The notes: generated from the sequence alone by a model not told the origin. 64,000 nucleotides of DNA from Eledone cirrhosa (GCA_964016885.1 OZ024752.1:24304001-24368000); one strand, 5' to 3'. Shown: positions 25,751-40,884, numbered from the stretch's first letter. Made by a program: numbers and translations.

Positions 25751-28700
25751 TGTGGCTCAATGAAAAATTAATTTAATTAAACAATCAGAGCTATATTTCA
25801 TAAAACATGTCTATAGAATCACAAGATAAAATATATATTATTTCCTCTCCCAATTAGCATAATTAACTATATAAAAAATCGAATAGACCAGGCTATACGA
25901 ATAAGGCTTCCATGAAGGAATCTCCGACAAATAACCAAAACTAGCACTTCGCGTCGGCCGTAGCGGAATATTTATCGAATATTTCGACAGCGTAATCGTC
26001 TAGATACAGTCAACTAAGCAGAATAAGGTTTAAAATAAACTAGGAGAAAATAGAATACATTTAAATACCTCTACCATGGTTTCCTCCGTGTTTTGAGTTT
26101 TCCAATAATTATGTAATAATTATATAAACTCGAGCGCCGTATTCTTCAGGAAGCTCGCTCATATCTAGACATTAAATTTTCCAAAACGATAGCGCCAAGA
26201 ATTCATTTCAAAATGGCTAAAAATCGTGACGTAGTCGCGGTCAAGTTGGAAGGAGTGTGGTAGTTGCTTACTACTGGTGGCATTTTTGTTAAAAAGCACA
26301 GCACAATACAGCCAAATTTGTATCTCAACCTAGTGGTAGATTATTACATATAAAAGTTTACATATATATATACATACATATACATATACGTGTTTTGCAA
26401 CTGGTCACTTTGTGGCTCAATGAAAAATTAATAAATTAAACAATCAGAGCTATATATCATAAAATATGTCTATAGAATCACAAGATAAAATATATACTAT
26501 TTCCTCTCGCAATTAGCATAATTAACTATATAAAAAATCGAATAGACCAGCCTGTACGAATGAGGCTTCTATGACGGAATCCCCGACAAATAACCAAAAC
26601 TAGCGCTTTGCATCGGCCGTAGTGGAATATTTATCGAATATTTCGACAGCGTAATCGCCTACATACAGTCAACTGAGCAGAATTAGGTTTAAAATAAACT
26701 AAGAGAAAATAGAATACATTTAAATACCTCTACCATGGTTTCCTCCATGTTTTGAGTTTTCAAATAATTATGTAATAATTATATAAACTCGAGCGCCATA
26801 TTCTTCAGGAAGCTCGCTCATATCTAGTCATTAAATTTTCCAAAACGATCGCGCCAAGAACTCATTTGAAAATGTCTAAAAATCGTGACGCAGTCGCGGC
26901 CAAGTTGGAAGGGGTGTGGTAGTTGCTTACGACTGGTGGCATTTTTGCTAGAAAGCACAGCACAATACAGCCAAATTTGTATCTCAACCTAGTAAGAGAT
27001 TATTACATATAAAAGTTCACATATATATATATACACATACACATACATATACGTGTTTTTCAACTGGTCACTTTGTGGCTCAATGAAAAATTAATAAATT
27101 AAACAATCAGAGCTATATATCATAAAACATATCTATAGAATCACAAGATAAAATATATACTATTTTCTCTCCCAATTAGCATAATTAACTATATAAAATA
27201 TGGAATAGACCAGGCTATACGAATGAGGCTTCTATGAAGGAATCTCCGACAAATAACCAAAACTAGCGCTTCGCGTCGGCCGTAGCGAAATATTTATCGA
27301 ATATTTCGACAGCGTAATCGCCTAGATACTGTCAACTAAGCAGAATTAGGTTTAAAATAAACTAGGAGAAAATAGAATACATTTAAATACCTCTACCACG
27401 GTTTCGTCCGTGTTTTGAGTTTTCCAATATTTATGTAATAATTATATAAACTCGAGCGCCGGATTCTTCAGGAAGCTCGTTCATATCTAGACATTAAATT
27501 TTTGAAAACGATCGCGCCAAGAATTCATTTCAAAATGGCTAAAAATCGTAACATAGTCGCGGTCAAGTTGGAAGGAGTGTGGTAGTTGCTTACGACTGGT
27601 GGCATTTTTGCTAGAAAGCACAGCACAATACAGCCAAATTTGTATCTCAACCTAGTGGGAGATTATTACATTTAAAAGTTTACATATATATATACATACA
27701 CATACATATACGTGTTTTGCAACTGGTCACTTTGTGGCTCAAAGAAAAATTAATAAATTAAACAATCAGAGCTATATATCATAAAACATTTCTATAGAAT
27801 CACAAGATAAGTATATACTATTTCCTCTCCCAATTAGCATAATTAACTATATAAAAAATCGAATAGACCAGGCTATACGAATGAGGCTTCTATGAAGGAA
27901 TCTCCGACAAATAACCAAAACTAGCGCTTCGCGTCGGCCGTAGCGGAATATTTATCGAATATTTCGACAGCGTAATCGCCTAGATACAGTCAACTAAGCA
28001 GAATTAGGTTTAAAATAAACTAGGAGAAAATAGAATACATTTAAATACCTCTACCATGGTTTCGTCCGTGTTTTGAGTTTTCCAATAATTATGTAATAAT
28101 TATATAAACTCGAGCGCTATATTCTTCAGGACGCTCTATCATATCTAGACATTCAATTTTCCAAATCGATCGCGCCAAGAATTCATTTCAAAATGTCTAA
28201 AGATCGTGACGTAGTCGCGGTCAAGTTGGAAGGGGTGTGGTAGTTGCTTACGACTGGGGCATTTTTGCTAGAAAGCACAGCACAATACAGTCAAATTTGT
28301 ATCTCAACCTAGTAGGAGATTATTACATATAAAGGTTTACATATATATATATACACATACATATACGTGTTTTGCAACTGGTCACTTTGTGGCTCAATGA
28401 AAAATTAATAAATTAAACAATCAGAGCTATATATCATAAAACATATCTATAGAATCACACGATAAAATATATACTATTTTCTCTCCCAATTAGCATAATT
28501 AACTATATAAAATATCGAATAGACCAGGCTATACGAATGATGTTTCTATGAAGGAATCTCCGACAAATAACCAAAACTAGTGCTTCGCGTCGGCCGTAGC
28601 GGAATATTTATCGAATATTTCGACAGCGTAATCGCCTAGATACAGTCAACTAAGCAGAATTAGGTTTAAAATAAACTAGTAGAAAATATAATACATTTAA

Positions 28701-31700
28701 ATACCTCTACCATGGTTTCGTCCGTGTTTTGACTTTTCATATAATTATGTAATAATTATATAAACTCGAGCGCCATATTCTACAGGAAGCTCGCTCATAT
28801 CTAGACATTAAATTTTCCAAAACGTTCGCTCCAAGAATTCATTTCAAAATGGCTAAAAATCGTGACGCAGTCGCGGTCAAGTTGGAAAGGGTGTGATAGT
28901 TGCTTACGACTGCTGGCATTTTTGATAGAAAGCACAGCACAATACAGCCAAATTTGTATCTCAACCTAGAGGGAGATTATTACATATAAAAGTTTACATA
29001 TATATATACACATACATATACGTGTTTTGCAAGTGGTCACTTTGTGGCTCAATGAAAAATTAATAAATTAAACAATCAGAGCTATATATCATAAAACATA
29101 TCTATAGAATCACACGATAAAATATATACTATTTTCTCTCCCAATTAGCATAATTAACTATATAAAATATCGAATAGACCAGGCTATACGAATGAGGCTT
29201 CTATGAAGGAATCTCCGACAAATAACCAAAACTAGCGCTTCGCGTCGGCCGTAGCGGAATATTTATCGAATATTTCGACATCGTAATCGCCTAGATACAG
29301 TCAACTAAGCAGAATTAGGTTTAAAATAAACTAGGAGAAAATAGAATACATTTAAATACCTCTACCATGGTTTCGTCCGTGTTTTGACTTTTCATATAAT
29401 TATGTAATAATTATATAAACTCGAGCGCCGTATTCTTCAGGAAGCTCGCTCATATCTAGACATTAAATTTTCCAAAACGTTCGCTCCAAGAATTCATTTC
29501 AAAATGGCTCAAAATCGTGACGCAGTCGCGGTCAAGTTCGAAAGGGTGTGGTAGTTGATTACGACTGCTGGCATTTTTGCTAGAAAGCACAGCACAATAC
29601 AGCCAAATTTGTATCTCAACCTAGAGGGAGATTATTACATATAAAAGTTTACATATATATATACACACACATATACGTGTTTTGCAAGTGGTAACTTTGT
29701 GGCTCAATGAAAAATTAATAAATTAAACAGTCAGAGCTATATATCATAAAAAATATCTATAGAATCACAAGATAAAATATATACTATTTTCTCTCCCAAT
29801 TAGCATAATTAACTATATAAAATATCGAATAGACCAGGCTATACGAATGAGGCTTCTATGAAGGAATCTCCGACAAATAACCAAAACTAGCGCTTCGCGT
29901 CGGCCGTAGCGGAATATTTATCGAATATTTCGACATCGTAATCGCCTAGATACAGTCAACTAAGCAGAATTAGGTTTAAAATAAACTAGGAGAAAATAGA
30001 ATACATTTAAATACCTCTACCACGGTTTCGTCCGTGTTTTGAGTTTTCCAATAATTATGTAATAATTATATAAACTCGAGCGCCGGATTCTTCAGAAAGC
30101 TCGCACATTTCTAGACATTAAATTGTCCAAAACGATCGCGCCAAGAATTCATTTCAAGATGGCTAAAACTCGTGACGCAGTCGCGGTCAAGTTGGAAGGG
30201 GTGTGGTAGTTGCTTACGACTGGTGGCATTTTTGCTAGAAAGCACAGCACAATACAGCCAAATTTGTATCTCAACCTAGTGGGAGATTATTACATATAAA
30301 AGTTTACATATATATATACATACACATACATAAACGTGTTTTGCAACTGGTCACTTTATGGCTCAATGAAAAATTAAAAAATTAAACAATCACAGCTATA
30401 TATCATAAAACATGTCTATAGAATCACAAGATAAAATATATATTATTTCCTCTCCCAATTAGCATAATTAACTATATAAAAAATCGAATAGACCAGGCTA
30501 TACGAATGAGACTTCTATGAAGGAATCTCCGACAAATAACCAAAACTAGCGCTTCGCGTCGACAGGAGCGGAATATTTATCGAATAATTCAACAGCGTAA
30601 TCGACTAGATACAGTCAACAAAGCAGAATTAGGTTTAAAATAAACTAGGAGAAAATAGAATACATTTAAATACCTCTACCATGGTTTCGTCCGTGTTTTG
30701 AGTTTTCCAATAATTATGTAATAATTATATAAACTCGAGCGCCGGATTCTTCAGGAGGCTCGCTCATATCTAGACATAAAATTTTCCAAAACGATCGCGC
30801 CTAGAATTCATTTCAAAATGGCTAAAAATCGTGACGTAGTCGCGGGCAAGTTGGAAGGGATGTGGTAGTTGCTTACGACCGGTGGCATTTTTGCCAGAAA
30901 GCACAGCACAATACAGCCAAATTTGTATCTCAACCTAGTAGGAGATTATCACATATAAAAGTTTACATATATATATACACATACATATACGTGTTTTGCA
31001 ACTGGTCGCTTTGTGGCTCAATGAAAAATTAATAAATTAAACAATCAGAGCTATATATCATAAAATATGTCTAGAGAATCACAAGATAAAATATATACTA
31101 TTTTCTCTCCCAATTAGCATAATTAACTATATAGAAAATCGAATAGACCAGGCTATACGAATGATGCTTCTATGTAGGAATCTCCGACAAATAACCAAAA
31201 CTAGCGCTTCGCGTCGGCCGTATCGGAATATTTATCGAATATTTCGACAGCGTAATCGCCTCGATACAGTCAACTAAGCAGAATTAGGTTTAAAATAAAC
31301 TAGGAGAAAATAGAATACATTTAAATACCTCTACCATGGTTTCGTCCGTGTTTTGAGTTTTCCAATAATTATGTAATAATTATATAAACTCGAGCGCCGT
31401 ATTCTTCAGGAAGCTAAATCATATCTAGACATTAAATTTTCCAAAACGATCCATCCATGAATTCATTTCAAAATGGCTAAAAATCGTGACGTTATCTTGG
31501 TCAAGTTGGAAAGTGTGTGGTAGTTGCTTACGACTGGTGGCATTTTTGCTAGAAAGCACAGCACAATACAACCTAGTGGGAGATGATTACATATAAAGTT
31601 TACATATATATATACACATACATATACGTGTTTTTCAACTGGTCACTTTGTGGCTCAATGAAAAATTAATAAATTAAGCAATCAGAGTTATATATCATAA

Positions 31701-34700
31701 AACATGTCTATAGAACCACAAGATAAAATATATACTATTTTCTCTCCCAATTAGCATAATTAACTATATAAAAAATCGAATAGACCAGGCTATACGAATG
31801 AGGCTTCTATGAAGGAATCTCCGACAAATAACCAAAACTAGCGCTTCGCGTCGGCCGGAGCGGAATATTTATCGAATATTTCGACAGCGTAATCGCCTAG
31901 ATACAGTCAACTAAGCAGAATTAGGTTTAAAATAAACTAGGATAAAATAGAATATATTTAAATACCTCTACCATGGTTTCGTCCGTGTTTTGAGTTTTCC
32001 AATAATTATGTAATAATTATATAAACTCGAGTGACGTATTCTTCAGGAAGCTCGCTCATATCTAGACATTAAATTGTCCAAAACGATCGCGCCTAGAATT
32101 CATTTCAAAATGGCTAAAAATCGTGACGTAGTCGCGGGCAAGTTGGAAGGGGTGTGGTAGTTGCTTACGACTGGTGGCATTTTTGCTAGAAAGCACAGCA
32201 CAATACAGTCAAATTTGTATCTCAACCTAGTAGGAGATTATTACATATAAAAGTTTACATATATATATATATATACACATACACATACATATACGTGTTT
32301 TGCAACTGGTCACTTTGTGGCTCAATGAAAAATTAATAAATTAAACAATCAAAGCTATATATCATAAAACATGTCTATAGAATCACAAGTTAAAATATAT
32401 ACTATTTTCTCTCCCAATTAGCATAATTAACTATATAAAAAATCGAATAGACCAGGCTATACGAATGAGGCTTCTATGAAGGAACTCCGACAAATAACCA
32501 AAACTAGCGCTTCGCGTCGGCCGGAGCGGAATATTTATCGAATATTTCGACAGCGTAATCGCCTAGATACTGTCAACTAAGCAGAATTAGGTTTAAAATA
32601 AACTTGGATAAAATAGAATACATTTAAATACCTCTACCATGGTTTCGTCCGTATTTTGAGTTTTCCAATAATTATGTAATAATTATATAAACTCGAGCGC
32701 CGGATTCTTCAGGAAGCTCGCTCATATCTAGACATTAAATTTTCCAAAACGATCGCGCCTAGAATTCATTTCAAAATGGCTAAAAATCGTGACGTAGTCG
32801 CGGGCAAGTTGGAAGGGGTGTGGTAGTTGCTTACGACTGGTGGCATTTTTGCTAGAAAGCACAGCACAATGCAGCCAAATTGGTATCTCAACCTAGTGGG
32901 AGATTATTACATATAAAAGTTTACATATATATATACATACATATACGTGTTTTGCAACTGGTCACATTGTGGCTCAATGAAAAATTAATAAATTAAACAA
33001 TCAGAGCTATATATCATAAAACATGTCTATAGAATCACAAGATAAATATATACTATTTCCTCTCCCAATTAGCATAATTTACTATATAAAAAATCGAATA
33101 GACCAGGCTATACGAATGAGGCTTCTAGGAAGGAATCTCCGACAAATAACCAAAACTAGCGCTTCGCGTCGGCCGTAGCGGAATATTTATCGAATATTTC
33201 GACAGCGTAATCGCCTACATACAGTCAACTAAACAGAATTAGGTTTAAAATAAACTAGGAGGAAATAGAATACATTTAAATACCTCTACCATGGTTTCGT
33301 CCGTGTTTTGAGTTTTCCAATAATTATGTAATAATTATATAAACTCGAGCGCCGGATTCTTCAGGAAGCTCGCTCATACCTAGACATTAAATTTTCCAAA
33401 ACAATCGCGTCAAGAATTCATTTCAAAATGGCTAAAAATCGTGACGTAGTCGCGGTCAAGTTGGAAGGGTGTGGTAGTTGCTTACGACTGGTGGCATTTT
33501 TGCTAGAAAGTACAGCACAATACAGCTAAATTTGTATCTCAACCTAGTGGGAGATTATTACATATAAAAGTTTACATATATATGTACATACACATACATA
33601 TACGTGTTTTGCAACTGGTCACTTTGTGGCTCAATGAAAAATTAATAAATTAAACAATCAGAGCTATATATCATAAAACATGTCTATAGAATCACAAGAT
33701 AAAATATATACGTTTTCCTCTCCCAATTAGCATAATTAACTATATAAAAAATCGAATAGACCAGACTATACGAATGAGGCTTCTATGAAGGAATCTCCGA
33801 CAAACAACAAAAACTAGCGCTTCGCGTAGGCCGTGCTGGAATATTTATCGAATATTTCGACAGCGTAATCGCCTAGATACAGTCAACTAAGCAGAATTAG
33901 GTTTAAAATAAATTAGGAGAAAATAGAATACATTTAAATACCTCTACCATGGTTTCGTCCGTGTTTTGAGTTTTCCAATATTTATGTAATAATTATATAA
34001 ACTCGAGCGCCGTATTCTTCAGGAAGCTCGCTCATATCTAGACATTAAATTTTCCAAAACGATCGCGCCAAGAATTCATTTCAAAATGGCTAAAAATCGT
34101 GACGTAGTCGCGGTCAAGTTGGAAGGGGTGTGGTAGTTGCTTACGACTGGTGGCATTTTTGCTAGAAAGTAGAGCACGATACAGCCGAATTTGTACCTCA
34201 ATCTAGTAAGAGATTATTACATATAAAAGTTTACATATATATATACATACACATACATATACGTGTTTTGCAACTGGTCACTTTGTGGCTCAATGAAAAA
34301 TTAATAAATTAAACAATCAAAGCTATATATCATAAAACATGTCTATAGAATCACAAGATAAAATATATACTATTTCCTCTCCCAATTAGCATAATTAACT
34401 ATATAAAAAATCGAATAGACCAAGCTATACGAATGAGGCTTCTATGAAGGAATCTCCGACAAATAACCAAAACTAGCACTTCGCGTCGGCCGTAGCGGAA
34501 TATTTATCGAATATTTCGACAGCGTAATCGCCTAGATACAGTCAACTAAGCAGAATTAGGTTTAAAATAAACTAGGATAAAATAGAATACATTTAAATAC
34601 CTCTACCATGGTTTCGTCCGTGTTTTGAGTTTTCCAATATTTATGTAATAATTATATAAACTCGAGCGCCGTATTCTTCAGGAAGCTCGCTCATATCTAG

Positions 34701-35900
34701 ACATTAAATTTTCCAAAACGATCGCGCGAAGAATTCATTTCAAAATGGCTAAAAATCGTGACGTAGTCGCGGTCAAGATGGAAGGGGTGTGGTAGTTGCT
34801 TACGATGGTGGCATTTTTGCTAGAAAGCACCGCACAATACAGCCAAATTTGTATCTCAACCTAGTGGGAGATTATTACATATAAAAGTTTACATATATAT
34901 ATATACACATACACATACATATACGTGTTTTGCAACTGGTCACTTTGTGGCTAAATGAAAAATTAATAAATTAAACAATCAGAGCTATATATCAGAAAAC
35001 ATGTCTATAGAATCACCAGATAAATATATACTATTTCCTCTCCCAATTAGCATAATTAACTATATAAAAAATCGAATAGACCAGGCTATACGAATGAGGC
35101 TTCTATGAAGGAATCTCCGACAAATAACCAAAACTAGCGCTTCGCGTATGCCGTAGCGGAATATTTATCGAATATTTCGACAGCGTAATCGCCTACATAC
35201 AGTCAACTAAACAGAATTAGGTTTAAAATAAACTAGGAGGAAATAGAATACATTTAAATACCTCTACCATGGTTTCGTCCGTGTTTTGAGTTTTCCAATA
35301 ATTATGTAATAATTGTATAAACTCGAGCGCCGGATTCTTCAGGAAGCTCGCTCATATCTAGACATTAAATTTTCCAAAACGATCGCGCCAAGAATTCATT
35401 TCAAAATGTCTAAAGATCGTGACGTAGTCGCGGTCAAGTTGGAAGGGGTGTGGTAGTTGCTTACGACTGGTGGCATTTTTGCTAGAAAGCACAGCACAAT
35501 ACAGCCAAATTTGTATCTCAACCGAGTGGGAGATTATTACATATAAAAGTTTACATATATATATACATATACATACATATACGTGTTTTGCAACTGGTCA
35601 CTTTGTGGCTAAATGAAATATTAATAAATTAAACAATCAGAGCTATATATCATAAAACATGTCTATAGAATCACAAGATAAATATATACTATTTCCTCTC
35701 CCAATTAGCATAATTAACTATATACAAAATTGAATAGACCAGGCTATACGAATGAGGCTTCTATGAAGGAATCTCCGACAAATAACCAAAACTAGCGCTT
35801 CGCGTCGGCCGTATCGGAATATTTATCGAATATTTCGACAGCGTAATCGCCTAGATACAGTCAACTAAGCAGAATTAAGTTTAAAATAAACTAGGAGAAA

Positions 35901-35903
<3 letters not shown>
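25751..35903 (-). repeat. Tandem satellite, ~660-bp monomer, 15 complete + ~0.45 units, each complete unit with a hammerhead motif on the minus strand
   Basis: Monomer starts ~25751, 26411, 27074, 27733, 28388, 29043, 29698, 30357, 31012, 31649, 32316, 32968, 33625, 34284, 34946, 35604; both ends abut (TA)n; no ORFs. Confidence 0.97.
30672..30759 (-). ncRNA. Type I hammerhead ribozyme in satellite monomer 8 (representative; monomer 1 at 26067-26154)
   Basis: gccuc CUGAAGA a-uccg-gcgcucgaguuu..aaacucaaaaca-cgga-c GAAA ccaugg UA gaggu. Confidence 0.8.
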
Positions 35904-35976
<73 letters not shown>

Positions 35977-36115
35977 ATTTATTAAAATAACAGATTAAAG
36001 TTTAAGCAATAATTATTTGCTCTATGGTTCTTATATATTTAATGATATATATTTATATTTATCGAGCCCTCTCAGGATTTTAGTCTTCAAATTTATTATT
36101 ATTACTATATATACA

Positions 36116-36325
<210 letters not shown>

Positions 36326-36332
36326 CATATAT

Positions 36333-38593
36333 ATTTAAAGGGCAGTTGATATTTACTCTACAGTTACACTTCCTGCTGCTATTTACCGGCTGAATAAGTG
36401 ATGCATCACTTCTAGGTTTATTATAAGATAAGGTCTGCTCAGGTGGTAAGGCATTAATGGATCTATCAAGACTAGTAGTACGCAAAGAGGAGTAGCTGTC
36501 CCTAATTTTCTTATTGTTAGTGCTAGCTAAATGAGAACTAATATTAAGGGTGGTAGAGAATGATAGTTTAATTACATTTTTATTAAAAATACCATGGTAT
36601 TTATTAGTAGGAGGGAAATGTTTCTCTAAGATAGAAAAGAAAGACCTAGGGATGTTAGTTAATACTTCATGATCATAAGGCGGGTTAAAATAAGTATTGA
36701 GTCTCCTCCTATTTCTCTCCTTACGAACTCTACCGTTATCCAGTATCCCACTAATAGGATCAGGGTTACTACAAGGACTAGTTGAAACAACATTATTAGA
36801 AGCAGCCAAAACCCTATTGAGTCTCCTTCTGTTTCTACCTTTAGTATATCTACTGTTATCTGGAATCATATCAATAGGATTAGGGTTACTACCAGGATCA
36901 GTTGAAACAACACTATTAGAATTAGTAAAAACATTACCACTGGGTGAGCGATCAGAGTGCCTAACTTGTTCCCTAGAACTAATCCCGAAAAGTGTACCAT
37001 TAGACTCACTATTACGATTACGGTAGCTTAACCTATGGATGGGTTCGGATACACCTATGGGATTTCTACGATTCTTATGCTTTCTACTCCCATTCATGGC
37101 CATATTATGGGAAATTACGCTATTATTACTATGGGTAAATGGAGACTTTCTAAGGTTGTTCTCATTATAACGTATTTTACCAGAGTAACCTGAGTTAGCT
37201 AGGGCATTATTATAGTACTCTGCATGTGAATTAAATATTTCTATATCCTTAGAGAGTGTGGAAATTCTATTAGATACACCGTTAATTATAGAGCTAATCA
37301 TAGATTTGGGGTGGTTAGAATTGGGATTAACATAAGAGAGTATTTCATTAGGCTTATGGAAGGGTTTATAACTATTAGTGACCAAGTCCAAAGTCACATC
37401 TAAAAAGTTGACCGCTCTATCATTTCTATCAATCGTGATCGAAAGGTTAAAACTTTTAAAAAATTTATAAAGTTTCTTCCTATTATGCTCAATATTGTTG
37501 GTGCTAGAGTTTATCACAAACAATGCATCGTCACGATAAAGTCCGCCTTTAAGGTGCGGAAAGGTAACATACAGTTCATTAAGGAGGAACAGCCCAACAA
37601 GATCAGTTACCTGGGCCGAATCACTCGAACCCATTGTAACGTCGAAATTGTTGGGTGTGTTTTTACGCGTCCAAAGTGTATCCTCGAATTTGAAGATAGT
37701 CCTACGGGCTGCTAGTATAACATCAATCTGCGGTCGTGTAAGGCTAGACACTCGCATGGCCATAATTAAGGCTTTATTAAGGAGGATAGGTGAAATCGAC
37801 GTGTAATAGGCATCAATATCAAACTGGATAAACCTACTAGACCCAAGTTTATTAATACCAGAGAACCAATCTATAACATCCTTAGTGTTCCCCCATAAAT
37901 TAAAATGAACCTTTTCCCTAACGGCTGGTATAATCAGGTCAAGGATTTTCTTACTAATAATAGCTATATCCGACTTAGAAGGACTAATGAGTCTAACAGA
38001 AGGATTACTAATGAAGTCTACCTTATGATCCTTAAGAGTGAATCTCGGTTCCCTAGGGTAATATGGCTGGGTATACTTATCAAGGCCCAGGTCCGAAACT
38101 ATCTTGAGACCCTCATTATTGATATGATCCAAATTATTTTGCGTTGTCTTTTTGTAATTTTTATGCAGCTCCTTATAGATAGAATTACGGTAAGCATTGT
38201 AATCCATAGAGTAAAGATTCTTAGTCTTGTCAGCCGGGACAAGAATAGACTTATTCCCTTCAAAATCCTTAACGATATTCTTAAGTTTAGACTGGAACCT
38301 GTCGAACTTATTATAGTTCCCATATCTATTATACGGCCTATACTTTATATTTTTGACAAGGGAAAGTAAATCGTTCTCAAAATTATCTAATAGAACATTA
38401 TGAAACCAAAGTTATTGAAACGAGTCCTATCCCGGGGGTCAATCCCATTCCTATTAATATCAAAGTGGAAAGCACGCCATCTAATCCTGTTTACGAAGGA
38501 GTTAACACTAGCAATTAAGAGTTTTTCATAAGTATTTCTAGAGGGGATGGGAATATTCTTCAGAGATAAAGGCAGGTAGCTCTTTGTTAGCAT
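36333..38593 (-). pseudogene. PLE C reverse transcriptase, frameshifted near 38390 and truncated after [12 protein letters not shown]
   Basis: [60 protein letters not shown]. Confidence 0.88.
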
Positions 38594-38807
38594 ACTGCCA
38601 GATATATATAAAGGCCAAAACACCAGTATATAGGAAGAAGCTCAACCAATCGGGAGCCGTAATAAGAATTAAAATACTAGAGTGTGTTGGAGTTAAACAC
38701 CCTCTTCATATTATAGAAATGACAGTATAGGATATAGCTCAATGTAATTAAACAGAGCCGAAGAATTATAAAAAATAAACCAAAGAAGCCTTCAATACAT
38801 CAAAAGT

Positions 38808-39362
38808 CTTGATAGATCCATTAATGCCTTACCACCTGAGCAGACCTTATCTTGTAATAACCCTAGAAGTGATGCAACACTTATTCAACCGGTAAATAGC
38901 ACCAGGAAGTGTAACTGTAGAGTAAGTATTAATTGCCCTTTAAATGGTCACTGCCTCTCTAAGAACATTGTTTATGCTTGTGAAGTTAAGACTGATTCTT
39001 CTAATAGCACATATATAGGCTCCACATCAAATACTTTTAAAACTAGGTTTAATTCTCATATCTCTAATTTTAAGCATGTTAAGTTTAAGAACTCTACTTC
39101 TTTAGCACACCATATCTGGGATCTTAAAGTGGCAGGCATGCCATATAGCCTTAATTGGCGTATAGTAGCACGCTCTAATAACCTATCAACACACACTAAA
39201 TTCTGTAATCTCTGTATCCTAGAGACCCACTCTATAATTTTCTCTACGGAAGTTTTGCTTAATAGAAAGTCTGAGATATTTTCTTCCTGCCCCCATGCCA
39301 TTTCTAATTCTTTCTTCTATTATAGACCTAAAAGTTCTGGTAGTTTAAATCGTATCCATTAG
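38808..39362 (+). pseudogene. PLE C GIY-YIG endonuclease domain (5'-truncated inverted arm)
   Basis: Reads CNCRVSINCPLNGHC..IVYAC..YIGSTSNTFKTRFNSH..CNLCILE to stop at 39362. Confidence 0.85.
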
Positions 39363-40846
39363 CTGCTATATTTCCTTATCTTTTTTGTTTAGGTTCATTT
39401 TGATTACCATCATCTTTATTATTATTAGTTTATTTACAACTTTTCGATTTTAGTTTCCATAGTCTTTTGGCTACCATACCCTATCTATCGTCTTAAGCAT
39501 TATTATAGTTTCACTACTAACACCTTATGGGTTTATATCTTATTAAATACTTTGGTTGGAGTCTCATTCAACTAATGTACCTCCTCCTCTACACACTTAA
39601 TATCCGCCCCTTCTATTACACTATATATAAATTTCACCTTTATGCTCCTTTTATGATATTATATAATATATTGATTTTAATTTTATGCTCCTTCCTATCC
39701 TCCATAACCTCTCTTCTTTCTGTTCCCATTGGTCTACCATAGTTCTATTTAGAGTCCTTTTATTTGATAACGTTATTCGACTGAACGAAGCATATTTTAC
39801 TCTATTCTTGATCATTTTATTGAGATATCTTAAACTTATACGGTTTTGATGACTTAAACAATAGCCAATTTTAAAGTGACTAAATATGTATTTTAAATAC
39901 TTTTAATATTAATTAATTTAAGAAGGTTTTTCTAGTCAACTCTCTGGTCTACATTTCTATCTTTTTTCTTTTACTTAACCGCTTGTGACACCTAACTAAA
40001 TATACTTGTTTTTGTTTTTCGATCTTCCGTTTATTTAATTTATTTTTTTACTACCACACGCTGTTTGTCTGACCATGTAATTTCATTAATATATGTCTGT
40101 ATGTCAACCACGTAAATATATTTTGTAATATTTTGTGATATTTTGGTAATATTTATGCCAATGTAAAATGACTTGACCTCCGTGTATTTGTTACAATGGT
40201 ATAGATATTTTCTCAACACAATTTTTTCAACACAATTTAGTTCTATATGATTTTTTCTTACCCTGTGTAAAACTTTATACAATTTGTTAACCTTAAATTA
40301 TATCTATGATGTAATTTTGTATATCTTTTGATGCCAATATATTATAATATTGTTATTATAATGTTTCTATATTGTTTATGCACACTGACAGGGAATTATA
40401 TATTATATTTTATTTTTATTTTTATTTTTATCTTTATTCTTATTTTTATCTTTATTATATTATACTGTAAACAATATATATATATATATATTTAAATACT
40501 TAATAAGTGTTAGTTTGTATTTGTACTAATGTGTATATGTATAGAGATATATGTATATATATACATATATTAAGCTTTTTATTATCACCAACTATTATAT
40601 TATATTATACTCGCATTATATTACCATTTGTGTTTCAAGTTTTTGCATTATACAATATTTGCAGTGTGGATTCAACATGTTAATCACTTCCTTGCTATTT
40701 GGTCCATATCTATGTTTGTAACTGCACACTCTTAATCTTAGACAACTTTTCCTTGATATCTTTCCTAAGATTTAATAGATGTATATTCCATATTCTTCTG
40801 AGTTTTTGGCTTGTATTGGCCGATAGTGCTTCTTGTAGATTTACTT

Positions 40847-40884
40847 GCCCTGATGAGTCCTTAATAGGACGAAACATTGTTGGC
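40847..40884 (+). ncRNA. Minimal type I hammerhead ribozyme (family C)
   Basis: gcc CUGAUGA gucc-uuaaua-ggac GAAA cauug UU ggc then AAUAAA; canonical core and stem II. Confidence 0.82.

Noticed and set aside
25751-35903. CRISPR array or rDNA/snRNA/tRNA gene cluster
   Set aside because: Whole 660-bp units repeat with no unique spacers; no recognisable 5S, U-snRNA, tRNA or histone sequence; no convincing Pol III A/B boxes
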